From a virus (lineage: Duplodnaviria > Caudoviricetes): a stretch of DNA of 42,104 bases. The notes beneath the pieces were generated by a model. That model worked only from the letters and a program-made list of their open reading frames with translations, was not told the origin of the DNA and searched no databases. Positions 18,690-27,124 of this stretch are shown one piece after another; within the stretch, counting starts at the first letter, position 1, and every line of letters starts with the position of its first letter. A program made the position numbers and the translations under genes. The stretch is taken from positions 1 to 42,104 of the IMG/VR virus record IMGVR_UViG_3300027828_000051, one strand, 5' to 3'.

Positions 18690-18751
18690 ATCGAAACCTC
18701 CTTCGGGAGGTCTGCAATGATTGACCACATTGTACTGATGAGATAGGTCAA
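18690..18751 (+). ncRNA. Hammerhead ribozyme, type II with pseudoknot; predicted cleavage after C18712
   Basis: ATC-GAAA, stem III CCTCC/TTCG/GGAGG, TC^, stem I TGCAATG/CATTGTA, core CTGATGA, then GAT closing stem II. Loop I TTGACC pairs with the 3' tail GGTCAA. Confidence 0.93.
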
Positions 18752-18763
18752 GGGAGATATGAG

Positions 18764-19003
18764 ATGAGTAAACGTCTAAATAAAGACAGACAAGAAAAAC
18801 TTGAACCATTACGGATGCAGAAAGCTCTAGATGAACTTGGTAAAAGAGTATTTATTCTTGCAGTTGGTACTAAGTCCATAAGATTCAGATTTAGAGAAAG
18901 TGTATGTTTTTACTGGCCCTATTCTGGTTGGGCATCAGGAAAAACAATTCGAGACGGTAGAGGACTTAAGAATCTTCTAAAACAAATTGACAAGGAGATA
19001 TGA
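18764..19003 (+). CDS. Hypothetical phage protein
   Basis: GGGAG SD; YWPYSGWASGKTIRDGRGLKNLL motif. Confidence 0.75.
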   Translation: MSKRLNKDRQEKLEPLRMQKALDELGKRVFILAVGTKSIRFRFRESVCFYWPYSGWASGKTIRDGRGLKNLLKQIDKEI

Positions 19004-19004
19004 G

Positions 19005-19232
19005 ATGGAAAGATTTATTATTACGTTCGGTCAGCAACATTGTCACAGAGCAAATGGAGTGACATTTGATAAGGATTCAGTGGCAGTTATCAAAGCTAAT
19101 AGTCACAGTCATGCCAGAGAGATTGCTTTTGAGCTTTTTGATAACAAGTTTGGAACTTCTTATACAGAAGAAGATTTCGATGAAGGTGGAGCCATTGAGT
19201 TCTTCCCAAGAGGTAAGTTCGATGCAAATTGA
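19005..19232 (+). CDS. Hypothetical phage protein
   Basis: AAGGAG SD; FIITFGQQH...HAREIAFELF pattern. Confidence 0.7.
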   Translation: MERFIITFGQQHCHRANGVTFDKDSVAVIKANSHSHAREIAFELFDNKFGTSYTEEDFDEGGAIEFFPRGKFDAN

Positions 19233-19287
19233 CACATTCAAAGTTGGAGATGAAGTTCAAATTGTTGAGGAGTCCAGCTTTCTGTAG
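19222..19287 (+). pseudogene. Truncated gene remnant (MQIDTFKVGDEVQIVEESSFL)
   Basis: GAGGT SD and a KOW-like FKVGDEV start; stops just before promoter P2. Confidence 0.4.
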
Positions 19288-19328
19288 AGTCTGTTACAAG
19301 AAACTTTAGACTTTTTCTGGGTTTCCTA

Positions 19329-19357
19329 TTGACGGAAGCCCAGTCTTCCCGTATATT
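19329..19357 (+). promoter_or_regulatory. Early sigma70 promoter P2
   Basis: TTGACG-17 nt-TATATT; flanks nearly identical to P1. Confidence 0.8.
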
Positions 19358-19378
19358 AGTATTATAGGGAGATACGAA

Positions 19379-20008
19379 ATGACAAAAACTGATTTATTAA
19401 AACTTGCAGAAATGGTAAATGATTCTTTTTTCTTTAACGAATTAGACTTAACAAATATTGAGTTTGAAATATCCAACAGGATGACAAGAACTTTAGGTAA
19501 CATCTACCATTACAGATCAACAGGCAGAATAGTTATTAAACTGTCTTCATGTATAATTGGTGATTCCAAAGTTGTATGGAACACAATGACTCATGAACTT
19601 ATCCACCTTGCACAGCTACAGAAAAACCATCCTCTTGGACACGGTTTATTTTTTCAATCTGAATGTGACAGAATAAACAAAATTGATTCTGAACTTTATC
19701 TTGCCAGAACTAATGATGTTCCTGCTGAAGTTGCACAGGTCATCCGTTCAAAAAGAATTGATAGACTCAGAGACAAAACTGTGAAGATTGAGAACAAAAG
19801 AATCATGATTAGATTCTACGATCTGACAACAGGTTGGACTGGACAATTCTTCATGCTGGAATCATTGGACATGACAATGAAGAAACTGAGAAGGGAGCTT
19901 CGCAAATTAAATAAAACAAACTACAAAGGAACCTGTCAGATTGCTATTGGTGATCACTCCTTTATGGAATATGATTTTGCTGCTCAGAAACTGAGAAGTA
20001 TGTTCTAA
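19379..20008 (+). CDS. SprT-like zinc metalloprotease
   Basis: SNRMTRTLG, HELIH (HExxH) and downstream HG..F motifs. Confidence 0.85.
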   Translation: MTKTDLLKLAEMVNDSFFFNELDLTNIEFEISNRMTRTLGNIYHYRSTGRIVIKLSSCIIGDSKVVWNTMTHELIHLAQLQKNHPLGHGLFFQSECDRINKIDSELYLARTNDVPAEVAQVIRSKRIDRLRDKTVKIENKRIMIRFYDLTTGWTGQFFMLESLDMTMKKLRRELRKLNKTNYKGTCQIAIGDHSFMEYDFAAQKLRSMF

Positions 20009-20025
20009 TTCATACCTCATTCGAT

Positions 20026-20200
20026 CATGAAATTACACAGTATTGACGCTGTATAATTTCATGCAATCCAGATCATGAGGCTGTATGTTTCATGTATTCA
20101 AATATTATATGATGTTCATATATCATTGACGTTGAAATTATCAAATATTGACTGACGCTGTGTATTTGTGCACGATTGCACATTGACGCTGTATGTCAAA
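20026..20200. repeat. Four-motif non-coding element, copy A
   Basis: TGASSCTGTRT at 20044, 20076, 20153 and 20184; 15-bp inverted repeat 20026-20040 / 20049-20063. Confidence 0.8.
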
Positions 20201-20217
20201 ATAAAAAGATTATTTCA

Positions 20218-20246
20218 TTGACGTATTGACGTATATATCTTAAAAT
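20218..20246 (+). promoter_or_regulatory. sigma70-type promoter
   Basis: TTGACG-17 nt-TAAAAT upstream of the HTH gene. Confidence 0.6.
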
Positions 20247-20290
20247 AGTTATATAAGGTTTGATAAAAAATAACGATCAGGAGGACATAA

Positions 20291-20518
20291 ATGGAACTGA
20301 ACCCTACCAATATTGATGGTAAAGAGTATTACACAGTTCAAGAGTTCGCTGTTCTAGTAGGTAAGGGAGTTTCGCAGATATACGGCTTAATTCATAAAGG
20401 CCTGCTGAAGAGTGAAACGAAGTTCAATAAGAAATTTATCCCAGCTTCAGAAATGGAGAAGAAAGATAAATTGTTCGCAAACAAACACTACCAGTATTCA
20501 GGAGCACACTATGAATAA
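20291..20518 (+). CDS. Helix-turn-helix DNA-binding protein (excisionase/HTH_17-like)
   Basis: YYTVQEFAVLVGKGVSQIYGLIHKGLL...KFIP; AGGAGG SD. Confidence 0.85.
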   Translation: MELNPTNIDGKEYYTVQEFAVLVGKGVSQIYGLIHKGLLKSETKFNKKFIPASEMEKKDKLFANKHYQYSGAHYE

Positions 20519-20714
20519 GAGCGAAAGAATCATTAGAGATTTAAATGGGGATAAGCCCTTAAGAGCTTTCAGTGCAATTGTTAAGTGGTTAGTAATCATG
20601 GGGCTTAATATAGCCCTACTGATTATGTGTCTAAGATTCTACGACATTAAGCTCTGGCTTATCCTAACCATTTACTCATTGTTGTTTAAAGTCTACAAAA
20701 GTATATCGGAGTAG
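20511..20714 (+). CDS. Small membrane protein (two TM segments)
   Basis: ATG at 20511 after AGGAG; two hydrophobic stretches. Confidence 0.65.
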   Translation: MNKSERIIRDLNGDKPLRAFSAIVKWLVIMGLNIALLIMCLRFYDIKLWLILTIYSLLFKVYKSISE

Positions 20715-20719
20715 ATGTT

Positions 20720-21265
20720 ATGGTTAAAATGATTCCAGGAAAAACGTGTATAGGTTGCTGTTTCAATAAGCAAGTTGAATGTACATTCCCAACACCTTCA
20801 GAGAAGGAATGTGAACGTGGCTTTATATACAAAAAGACATATGATGAGCACATAGAAGTTAAAGACAATGGACAAGGAATGAACATCCCAGTTCCTGTGT
20901 CTTGGGAATATGAAACATACTGGAGATGTGGAGATATAGTTCATAACTTAAATGTACCATTTAAAGATTTAATTATTGAGTCTCCAGCTACGACGTCAGT
21001 CACTAAGCTGGGAGATGATCTGAACAAATGTAGAATAGCAACACCGATGGACGGCAGAGAGGTTTATGGTAGAGTTAAAATAACACGAAAAGGAACAAAG
21101 GTAGAAGATACTAAGATAAATCTGTGTGACACTTGTAAGTTTACAGTCCCTGAATGTAGACCTCTGTTTGAAGACTTAAAGTTTGGAGACGGAACTGGAA
21201 ATGATAATGTCATAAAATGTGATGAGTACCAGAATGAAGAAACCATTAGACATTCGGAAAGTTAG
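20720..21265 (+). CDS. Cys-rich hypothetical protein
   Basis: CxxC clusters at both ends. Confidence 0.65.
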   Translation: MVKMIPGKTCIGCCFNKQVECTFPTPSEKECERGFIYKKTYDEHIEVKDNGQGMNIPVPVSWEYETYWRCGDIVHNLNVPFKDLIIESPATTSVTKLGDDLNKCRIATPMDGREVYGRVKITRKGTKVEDTKINLCDTCKFTVPECRPLFEDLKFGDGTGNDNVIKCDEYQNEETIRHSES

Positions 21266-21431
21266 AAACCTAAAGGGTTTTACCTGTAATGGTTGCTATT
21301 ACAATGGTGAGCATCTTTGTAGAAACTTGAGAGAAGATAACAATTGTTATGACGGCTACATTTATCAAGTGTTCAGGGAAGATGACAAGAGAATATTAAA
21401 AAGAGATAGAGGTGAAAATGGAAAAGTCTAA
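21234..21431 (+). CDS. Small Cys-rich protein
   Basis: CNGC..C..C..GYIY, similar to the N-terminus of the preceding ORF. Confidence 0.55.
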   Translation: MKKPLDIRKVRNLKGFTCNGCYYNGEHLCRNLREDNNCYDGYIYQVFREDDKRILKRDRGENGKV

Positions 21432-21777
21432 AACTACTGAGTGTCCACATTGTCACTCAAAAGACGATTACTACTTAACACAGTCTGGACAAGAAAATTG
21501 TACAAATTGTGAGAAAATAATCTGGGTTGGAAGAATTGACGGAGGACCAGCATTTTCAGTTTCAAATGACGCTGAAGACGAAGGAATGTCTCTAAGAGAT
21601 TATTTTGCTATCCATACTGATGTGTCAGATTTTAAGTTTCAAGACCAAGAGACTTTCGAAAAGTTCACTGGAATTAAAATTGTTGACATTGAGTCTGGGG
21701 TAAAAAGCGCTGCAACCGGACAAGCTAAGCTACGCTATGCTTTTGCTGATGCTATGCTGAAGGAGAGTAGGAAGTGA
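21418..21777 (+). CDS. Zn-ribbon plus phage gp38-like hypothetical protein
   Basis: CPHC/CTNC, then DGGPAF...GMSLRDYFA...YAFADAML. Confidence 0.75.
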   Translation: MEKSKTTECPHCHSKDDYYLTQSGQENCTNCEKIIWVGRIDGGPAFSVSNDAEDEGMSLRDYFAIHTDVSDFKFQDQETFEKFTGIKIVDIESGVKSAATGQAKLRYAFADAMLKESRK

Positions 21778-23477
21778 GCTTTAAAACAGTACCTTATAGA
21801 CATCAGTTAGTTGCATATGAGAAACTGAAGAACGAGAAGTTTTTTGCTTTATTTATGGACATGGGACTGGGTAAATCGAAGACAGCAATTGATATAGCTG
21901 TACATAAATATGAGAAGGGGCAGATTGATGCTGTTCTTGTTATCGCTCCTAACATGGTGCATGCTCAGTGGGCTGATGAGCAGATTCCTACTCACTGTTC
22001 AGTGCCGTTTAGTACATTTGTCTGGACAGCTTCAAAAGCAAATAGAAGACAGTATCAATTTCAAATGGAAAACTTCATGATGGAAGAACGCAAATTAAAG
22101 TTCTTCATGGTTAATGTTGAAACGTTCCAGAGTGAATCTGTTATCCCACATATTATTGAGTACGTGAAGAATAATGAAGTGTTCACTATTGTGGATGAAT
22201 CAACACGTATTAAAACGCCCACAGCGAAGCGTACCAAAACAATTACCAAACTTAACAAGTATGGACAAAGATGCATCCTGAGCGGAACACCAGTTGCTAA
22301 GTCACCATTTGATCTGTATGCTCCATTCAACTTCCTAAGTAAAGATTTCTTTCAAGTCAATTACTTCATTTTTAAACACAGATTTGGTGTGATGATGAAA
22401 GGAACAAATGAGTACACTGGAAGACCTTTCACGAAATTGATTGACGAGAAGAAGTTCTCAATTGTTAAGGGACGTATCGAGAATCTCAAGGCTGATAGAA
22501 GAATGACTACCATGAATATGGAATATGAATTGACATCAGCTGATCTGGAGATCTTATCAGCGGTTACAAGCATCAGTGAGAAGAATATCAAGTTCATAGA
22601 CAAACATGATGAGTATACTCGCTTCAAGAGGCTTGACGAGCTTCGTGATGCAATTGATCCTTACACCTTCTCAGTAAAGAAAGGTGACTTACACCAATTC
22701 GATCATGAGAGCTTTGATCACTTAGGAGTTCCAGCTCTCCCCAAGTTCCCTGACAAAGTGTATGTCTGTGAGTATGTACAAATGTCTAAGGAACAGAAGA
22801 AGATTTATGGGGACCTCAAGAAACATTTGTTAGCTGAATACTCAGGACATGAACTGTCAGTTCAACAGAAGGTTTCGCTGAGCATTAGACTTCGTCAAGT
22901 TACAGGTGGCTATTTTCCCTATGAGGAAGAATCTGAAAAGATGCTCAACTATAAGAAAGTTCCATTCATGAAAAAGCAATCTGAAATGATCGGGAAGAAA
23001 AATGTGAAGATGGAAAGGATCCATGAACTGCTTGAAGAAATGGGTGATGAGTCAATTATTATCTGGGCGTCTTTCGTAGCTGAGATTGAAGCGATTTATG
23101 AGGAGCTGAAGAAATCTTATTCCTGTGAGCTGTATTACGGAGCTACATCGAAAAAGGAAAGGGCAAGGATCAAGGATGACTTCATGGCTAAGAAGTTCCA
23201 GATATTCATTGGCAACCCGTCTGTAGCAGGTTTCGGGCTCAACTTACAGGTCTCGACTATTCAGCTATGGTATAGCAACTCATACAGGACAGAGGACAGA
23301 TTACAGGCTGAGGATAGATCACATAGAATAGGTACAACACAGAACATCGTGTACAAAGATATCATTGCTAAGGGAACACTGGACGAGAAGATATATAAAG
23401 CGATCAGGGAAGGTAGAAACCTGAACGATTACTTTTCTCAGACGTCACTTGAGGAAATGCTCGATGGCGAAAATTAG
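21774..23477 (+). CDS. SNF2-family (SF2) helicase
   Basis: PYRHQ, DMGLGKS, VDES, LSGTP, GLNL and QAEDRSHRIG motifs. Confidence 0.95.
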   Translation: MSFKTVPYRHQLVAYEKLKNEKFFALFMDMGLGKSKTAIDIAVHKYEKGQIDAVLVIAPNMVHAQWADEQIPTHCSVPFSTFVWTASKANRRQYQFQMENFMMEERKLKFFMVNVETFQSESVIPHIIEYVKNNEVFTIVDESTRIKTPTAKRTKTITKLNKYGQRCILSGTPVAKSPFDLYAPFNFLSKDFFQVNYFIFKHRFGVMMKGTNEYTGRPFTKLIDEKKFSIVKGRIENLKADRRMTTMNMEYELTSADLEILSAVTSISEKNIKFIDKHDEYTRFKRLDELRDAIDPYTFSVKKGDLHQFDHESFDHLGVPALPKFPDKVYVCEYVQMSKEQKKIYGDLKKHLLAEYSGHELSVQQKVSLSIRLRQVTGGYFPYEEESEKMLNYKKVPFMKKQSEMIGKKNVKMERIHELLEEMGDESIIIWASFVAEIEAIYEELKKSYSCELYYGATSKKERARIKDDFMAKKFQIFIGNPSVAGFGLNLQVSTIQLWYSNSYRTEDRLQAEDRSHRIGTTQNIVYKDIIAKGTLDEKIYKAIREGRNLNDYFSQTSLEEMLDGEN

Positions 23478-23655
23478 AAGACCTATCAGCATTACTGATA
23501 TTGACATTGAAGTAGCACCAAAATACGATGGTAAAAAAGGTGTATGGAAATCCATGAGAAAATGCTTTCCTTGCACAAAGAAACTTGATAGGAATGTTTA
23601 CTACAATACGGATGGTAAGAAACATTGGTGTCCATATTGCAACAAAGAGAAATAA
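23464..23655 (+). CDS. Small Zn-finger protein
   Basis: CFPC...CPYC; GAGG SD. Confidence 0.55.
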   Translation: MAKIRRPISITDIDIEVAPKYDGKKGVWKSMRKCFPCTKKLDRNVYYNTDGKKHWCPYCNKEK

Positions 23656-23686
23656 TCATCGGGAGAGAGTCTAGTGGAGGCACATC

Positions 23687-23998
23687 ATGAAGTGTGGCAG
23701 TTTGTTTTTGACCTGTGTACTGTTAATAGTTTTAGCGATTCCACTATTTGCAGACCAGTCCTTGGTTAACCCCGTAGGAGAATTATCAGCAATCAGTACT
23801 ATGAATACAGAGGAGGTACCATTTCACGAACAAGAATTGATAGACTTAAATGTTCCAGTTCTTGCCGTGGGTATTAACAAGAGGTACCTACCAGATAGCG
23901 GAAAGTCGAAGCAGTCCGTACTTATTGAAAAGACTGTTGTTAAGATAGCCAATAATGGATATGGAGGTGTTCGTCGGATTAAATCCGGCAGACATTAA
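23687..23998 (+). CDS. Secreted hypothetical protein
   Basis: GGAGG SD; signal peptide ending LAIPLFA. Confidence 0.65.
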   Translation: MKCGSLFLTCVLLIVLAIPLFADQSLVNPVGELSAISTMNTEEVPFHEQELIDLNVPVLAVGINKRYLPDSGKSKQSVLIEKTVVKIANNGYGGVRRIKSGRH

Positions 23999-24074
23999 CA
24001 TAACAAGTGCACCTAAGAGAATGAGATGTCCCGTTGAGGACTATATAGATTCACTAAATAATTTTTGAAAAGAT

Positions 24075-24119
24075 AAGGAGACAGTACTTCGTTTATCGGC
24101 TGATTTACTGTCTCTTTTT
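24075..24119 (+). terminator. Hairpin terminator / possible RBS switch
   Basis: AAGGAGACAGTA-19 nt-TACTGTCTCTTT, ending in a T5 run. Confidence 0.55.
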
Positions 24120-24133
24120 AAAAGGAGACTGAG

Positions 24134-24361
24134 ATGAATATTGATGATGGGAGAATCAGGGAACTTGCAGAGGATCAAATTACGTCAGAAAGAGAAGTTA
24201 TGATTCATACAAAAGACCTGACTGAGAAACAGAAAAAGAACAAACAGGTTTCTTTAAAAGACCATCGAAGCAAAGCTGGTAAGATTCTTACCGAAGCTCG
24301 TTGGAACGACATGAATAAAAACCAGCAAAGAAACTTAAGAAAGAAACTTAAGAAAAAATAG
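24134..24361 (+). CDS. Basic hypothetical protein
   Basis: AAGGAG SD; 75 aa. Confidence 0.65.
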   Translation: MNIDDGRIRELAEDQITSEREVMIHTKDLTEKQKKNKQVSLKDHRSKAGKILTEARWNDMNKNQQRNLRKKLKKK

Positions 24362-24370
24362 AGATTACTG

Positions 24371-24399
24371 TTGACAGCTTTATATATCAGACTTACATT
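24371..24399 (+). promoter_or_regulatory. sigma70 promoter P3
   Basis: TTGACA-17 nt-TACATT. Confidence 0.75.
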
Positions 24400-24430
24400 A
24401 GATATATAAACAACCAATAGGAGATTTGAA

Positions 24431-24640
24431 ATGACAAACACAAAACAGGAAAGAATTGAAAACGTAATTGCTAAACACGGAACTAAAGGTTACACAATGA
24501 GACAGCTTGCTAACTTCGCAAAGGTTTCTACAAAAACATTTAGAACACGATGTTCAAAACTTGGTAAAAAAGATCTGATATACGGTATTCACTCCGGTCG
24601 TGTATCAGCCTATAAAATGTCAGCAACTTTATGTGTCTGA
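24431..24640 (+). CDS. Small basic HTH-like protein
   Basis: YTMRQLANFAKVSTKTFRTR resembles an HTH; its TGA stop lies inside the ribozyme core. Confidence 0.7.
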   Translation: MTNTKQERIENVIAKHGTKGYTMRQLANFAKVSTKTFRTRCSKLGKKDLIYGIHSGRVSAYKMSATLCV

Positions 24641-24715
24641 TGAGTCCGGAAGGACGAAACAGGATTGAGAGTCTAAACTCGGGTGTTGTAACTCGCTCTC
24701 AATCCTGTCACACAT
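24631..24715 (+). ncRNA. Hammerhead ribozyme, type I; predicted cleavage after C24709
   Basis: Stem I ATGTGT/ACACAT, core CTGATGA, stem II GTCC/GGAA/GGAC, GAAA, 12-bp stem III CAGGATTGAGAG/CTCTCAATCCTG, and a GTC^ triplet. Confidence 0.93.
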
Positions 24716-24735
24716 TATATTTATTGAGGTGAAAA

Positions 24736-25344
24736 ATGAAAGACTTAAAAAGAGGTGATTTGGTTTACCATAAAGAACTTGGGGTTGGTATTGTACACAT
24801 GTCTAATGATCAAGTTGCTATTGAAGTACAATTTGAAGGCAGAGATTGTATGACAGTTGTTAACAGAAAAATGTTATTTGTTAAAGGTGACAAAGTTGAG
24901 TACAAAACAAACGGAAAATGGATCTCAAAAGGTAATTCTACCTTCAATGCTCCCATGATACATAACAGAAAATGTGACTCAAGATTCACTGTCTACAATG
25001 ATTATTCTGCTTCAGGTTTAAAGTATGTTTTTGACGTTCGACACGTACCTGAGAAGAAACAGACAGCTCTATTCCCCGAAGATGAGCTTGAGATCCTAAA
25101 AACAGCGGAAAGAACAGTTACTAACTATCCTATTCAAGCTCAACAACTTTGTAAAACCATGGAAAGAGCAGGACAGGCCGCCTCTATGGGTTTCGATGCT
25201 GACAAAGAACTTAAGAAAAGAATCTATCTTGGTGCTTATACTCCAGATGAACCAGACACATCCACAGAAAAGAAAGATCTCCTGAAACGTCTTGAGATTC
25301 TCAAACTAAAGTCACAGATCAAGGAATTGGAAAGTGAACTATAA
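24736..25344 (+). CDS. Hypothetical protein with SH3/KOW-like N-terminus
   Basis: LKRGDLVYHKELGVGIV; GAGGT SD. Confidence 0.7.
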   Translation: MKDLKRGDLVYHKELGVGIVHMSNDQVAIEVQFEGRDCMTVVNRKMLFVKGDKVEYKTNGKWISKGNSTFNAPMIHNRKCDSRFTVYNDYSASGLKYVFDVRHVPEKKQTALFPEDELEILKTAERTVTNYPIQAQQLCKTMERAGQAASMGFDADKELKKRIYLGAYTPDEPDTSTEKKDLLKRLEILKLKSQIKELESEL

Positions 25345-25543
25345 GGAAGCGACATATTACACTGAAAAAAGAACAAAGGTGTATTTGGAGCTAAGAGGTG
25401 ACCAGGTAATACATCTGGTCACCGAGAAAAATGCTGATCTTTACCTAGAGCTGAGACATGAAAAGCCAGACATGGTAAAGTATTTTGACAAAGAATACGA
25501 GTTAACTAACTTCGTTTTAGAAGAAGGTTTCTTTATTATATAG
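25334..25543 (+). CDS. Hypothetical protein
   Basis: Overlapping GTG start; fills the gap in the operon. Confidence 0.55.
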   Translation: MNYKEATYYTEKRTKVYLELRGDQVIHLVTEKNADLYLELRHEKPDMVKYFDKEYELTNFVLEEGFFII

Positions 25544-25553
25544 GAGGTGTGAG

Positions 25554-26285
25554 ATGAATGAGTTGAGAATTAAGACACTCATGGATTTAGGTTTAAAGTT
25601 CGACGGCCAGCAGTTCGCCTATAAAGATATAAACTTCCATCATACAGACATTTTATGTATGTCAGATGATGAGTTTAATTCTGCGGTTGAGGGAGCTACC
25701 GAACGAAAGAAACAATTAGGAGGTACTATGGAGAATAGTGCTACACCGGATTTTTTAACCGGTAAAGACGAAATGTCTGGAAATGTTCTTGAAGAACTAC
25801 AGGCAAAGGTGGATAAGTTTTTAAGTGTATCAGCTGAAGTTGAAGATGCTGAAGCAGCACTCAAAGAACTTAAGAAAGTAAAGAACAGGTTTTCAGAGGA
25901 GGAGATCCCAAACCTGTTGAAACAGTATGGTCTATCAGAGATCAGGCTCGAGAGCAAACAGAAAGTTATTGTTACTGAGGATTTATCAGTTTCAATCTCA
26001 AACAACTTTGCTTTTCATAAGTTCTTACGTGAAAGAAAGCATGATGATATAATAAAGTCTACGTTCTCTTTCGGTAAATTGTCACATGATGACTACACAA
26101 AGGTTGCAGATGCAATTGACACTACTGGCCTCGATTTTGAGGCTACTGATAAGGTTGAAGCGCCAACCAGAAAGAAGTACTTCAAAGAACTTATTGGAAT
26201 GGGTGAAAGTGCACCAGAAATGACACTTGCAGAATTACCAGAATGGGCTAAGGCCTTCGTTATTAAAAAGACTAAAATCAAATAG
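25554..26285 (+). CDS. Conserved phage protein upstream of SSB (second in-frame start at 25728)
   Basis: Coiled coil plus IPNLLKQYGLSEIRL...HDDIIK motif; AGGAGGT SD at both starts. Confidence 0.7.
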   Translation: MNELRIKTLMDLGLKFDGQQFAYKDINFHHTDILCMSDDEFNSAVEGATERKKQLGGTMENSATPDFLTGKDEMSGNVLEELQAKVDKFLSVSAEVEDAEAALKELKKVKNRFSEEEIPNLLKQYGLSEIRLESKQKVIVTEDLSVSISNNFAFHKFLRERKHDDIIKSTFSFGKLSHDDYTKVADAIDTTGLDFEATDKVEAPTRKKYFKELIGMGESAPEMTLAELPEWAKAFVIKKTKIK

Positions 26286-26295
26286 GAGATTTTAA

Positions 26296-27072
26296 ATGGC
26301 AAAGATATTTACAAAAGGTGACCAGCCTAAAGAAGAAGTAAAAGATCAATTTGAGTCTTTCTTCGATGCAAACGACACAGCTGAAGGTTTTCAGGATATT
26401 AACTCGGAAACTATGGCCATTCCTTTCGTCAAAATTGCTCAGCAATTATCACCAGCAATGAAGGAAAGTAAGCCTGAGTATATTCCTGGACTGAAACAGG
26501 GACAGTTCTACAACTCAGTTACCAAAGAAATCTATGGTGATAAGATACAGGTAGTTGTTGGTAAGTTCGATAGAATCTATACTGAGTGGCTCCCTAAAAG
26601 AAAGGGTTTCGTAGGTTACCATACACCTGAAGAAGCTGAAGACCTGGCTGATGATAAAACGTTCGGTAAATGGAAGCGTTCAAATGGGAATCTGTTGCAG
26701 GAAAACTATGTTTACTATGTAGTTCTCATCGGACATGAGCATGAGAAAGTTATGATTATGTCACTGACTTCTACTCAGATTAAAAAAGCGAAAGCTTGGA
26801 ACAGGAACCTGACTACAACAGTTATGCCAAATGGTGTGGCTGCTCTCCCTTATTATCTGAGATGGGACCTTGGTACCGTTGAAGAACACAAAGACGGCAA
26901 TGACTGGTTTGGAGTTACTATCAATTTCGCTGGTCTTGTTGATGAGGGACAGTATACACTTGTCAAGGAAGAAAGAACAATGATCGAGCATAAGAAAGTT
27001 GACTATGCACAGATCGAAGATTCCTCTTCAAGTAATGTTGAAGACGCTGAAGACGGTGATGTAGATTATTAG
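26296..27072 (+). CDS. Single-stranded DNA-binding protein (probable)
   Basis: IPFVKIAQQLSP motif; very acidic C-terminal tail; replication module context. Confidence 0.7.
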   Translation: MAKIFTKGDQPKEEVKDQFESFFDANDTAEGFQDINSETMAIPFVKIAQQLSPAMKESKPEYIPGLKQGQFYNSVTKEIYGDKIQVVVGKFDRIYTEWLPKRKGFVGYHTPEEAEDLADDKTFGKWKRSNGNLLQENYVYYVVLIGHEHEKVMIMSLTSTQIKKAKAWNRNLTTTVMPNGVAALPYYLRWDLGTVEEHKDGNDWFGVTINFAGLVDEGQYTLVKEERTMIEHKKVDYAQIEDSSSSNVEDAEDGDVDY

Positions 27073-27081
27073 AATTAAAAC

Positions 27082-27103
27082 GTGGGCCTCGTATGGGGCC
27101 TAC
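27082..27103 (+). other. GC-rich intergenic hairpin after SSB
   Basis: GTGGGCCTC-GTAT-GGGGCCTAC, with no U-tract. Confidence 0.5.
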
Positions 27104-27124
27104 AATCAATCATAAGGAGTAAAC

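Noticed and set aside
17947-20200. Repeats as a CRISPR mini-array
   Set aside because: No identical 25-40 bp repeats separated by regular unique spacers; copies are only pairs or short motifs.
20291-20518. Excisionase implying a temperate lifestyle
   Set aside because: No integrase, CI-type repressor or partition genes were found in the complete circle; the HTH protein is more likely a regulator.
25397-25423. 9-bp inverted repeat GGTGACCAG/CTGGTCACC
   Set aside because: Single copy inside a CDS with no U-tract; could be chance.
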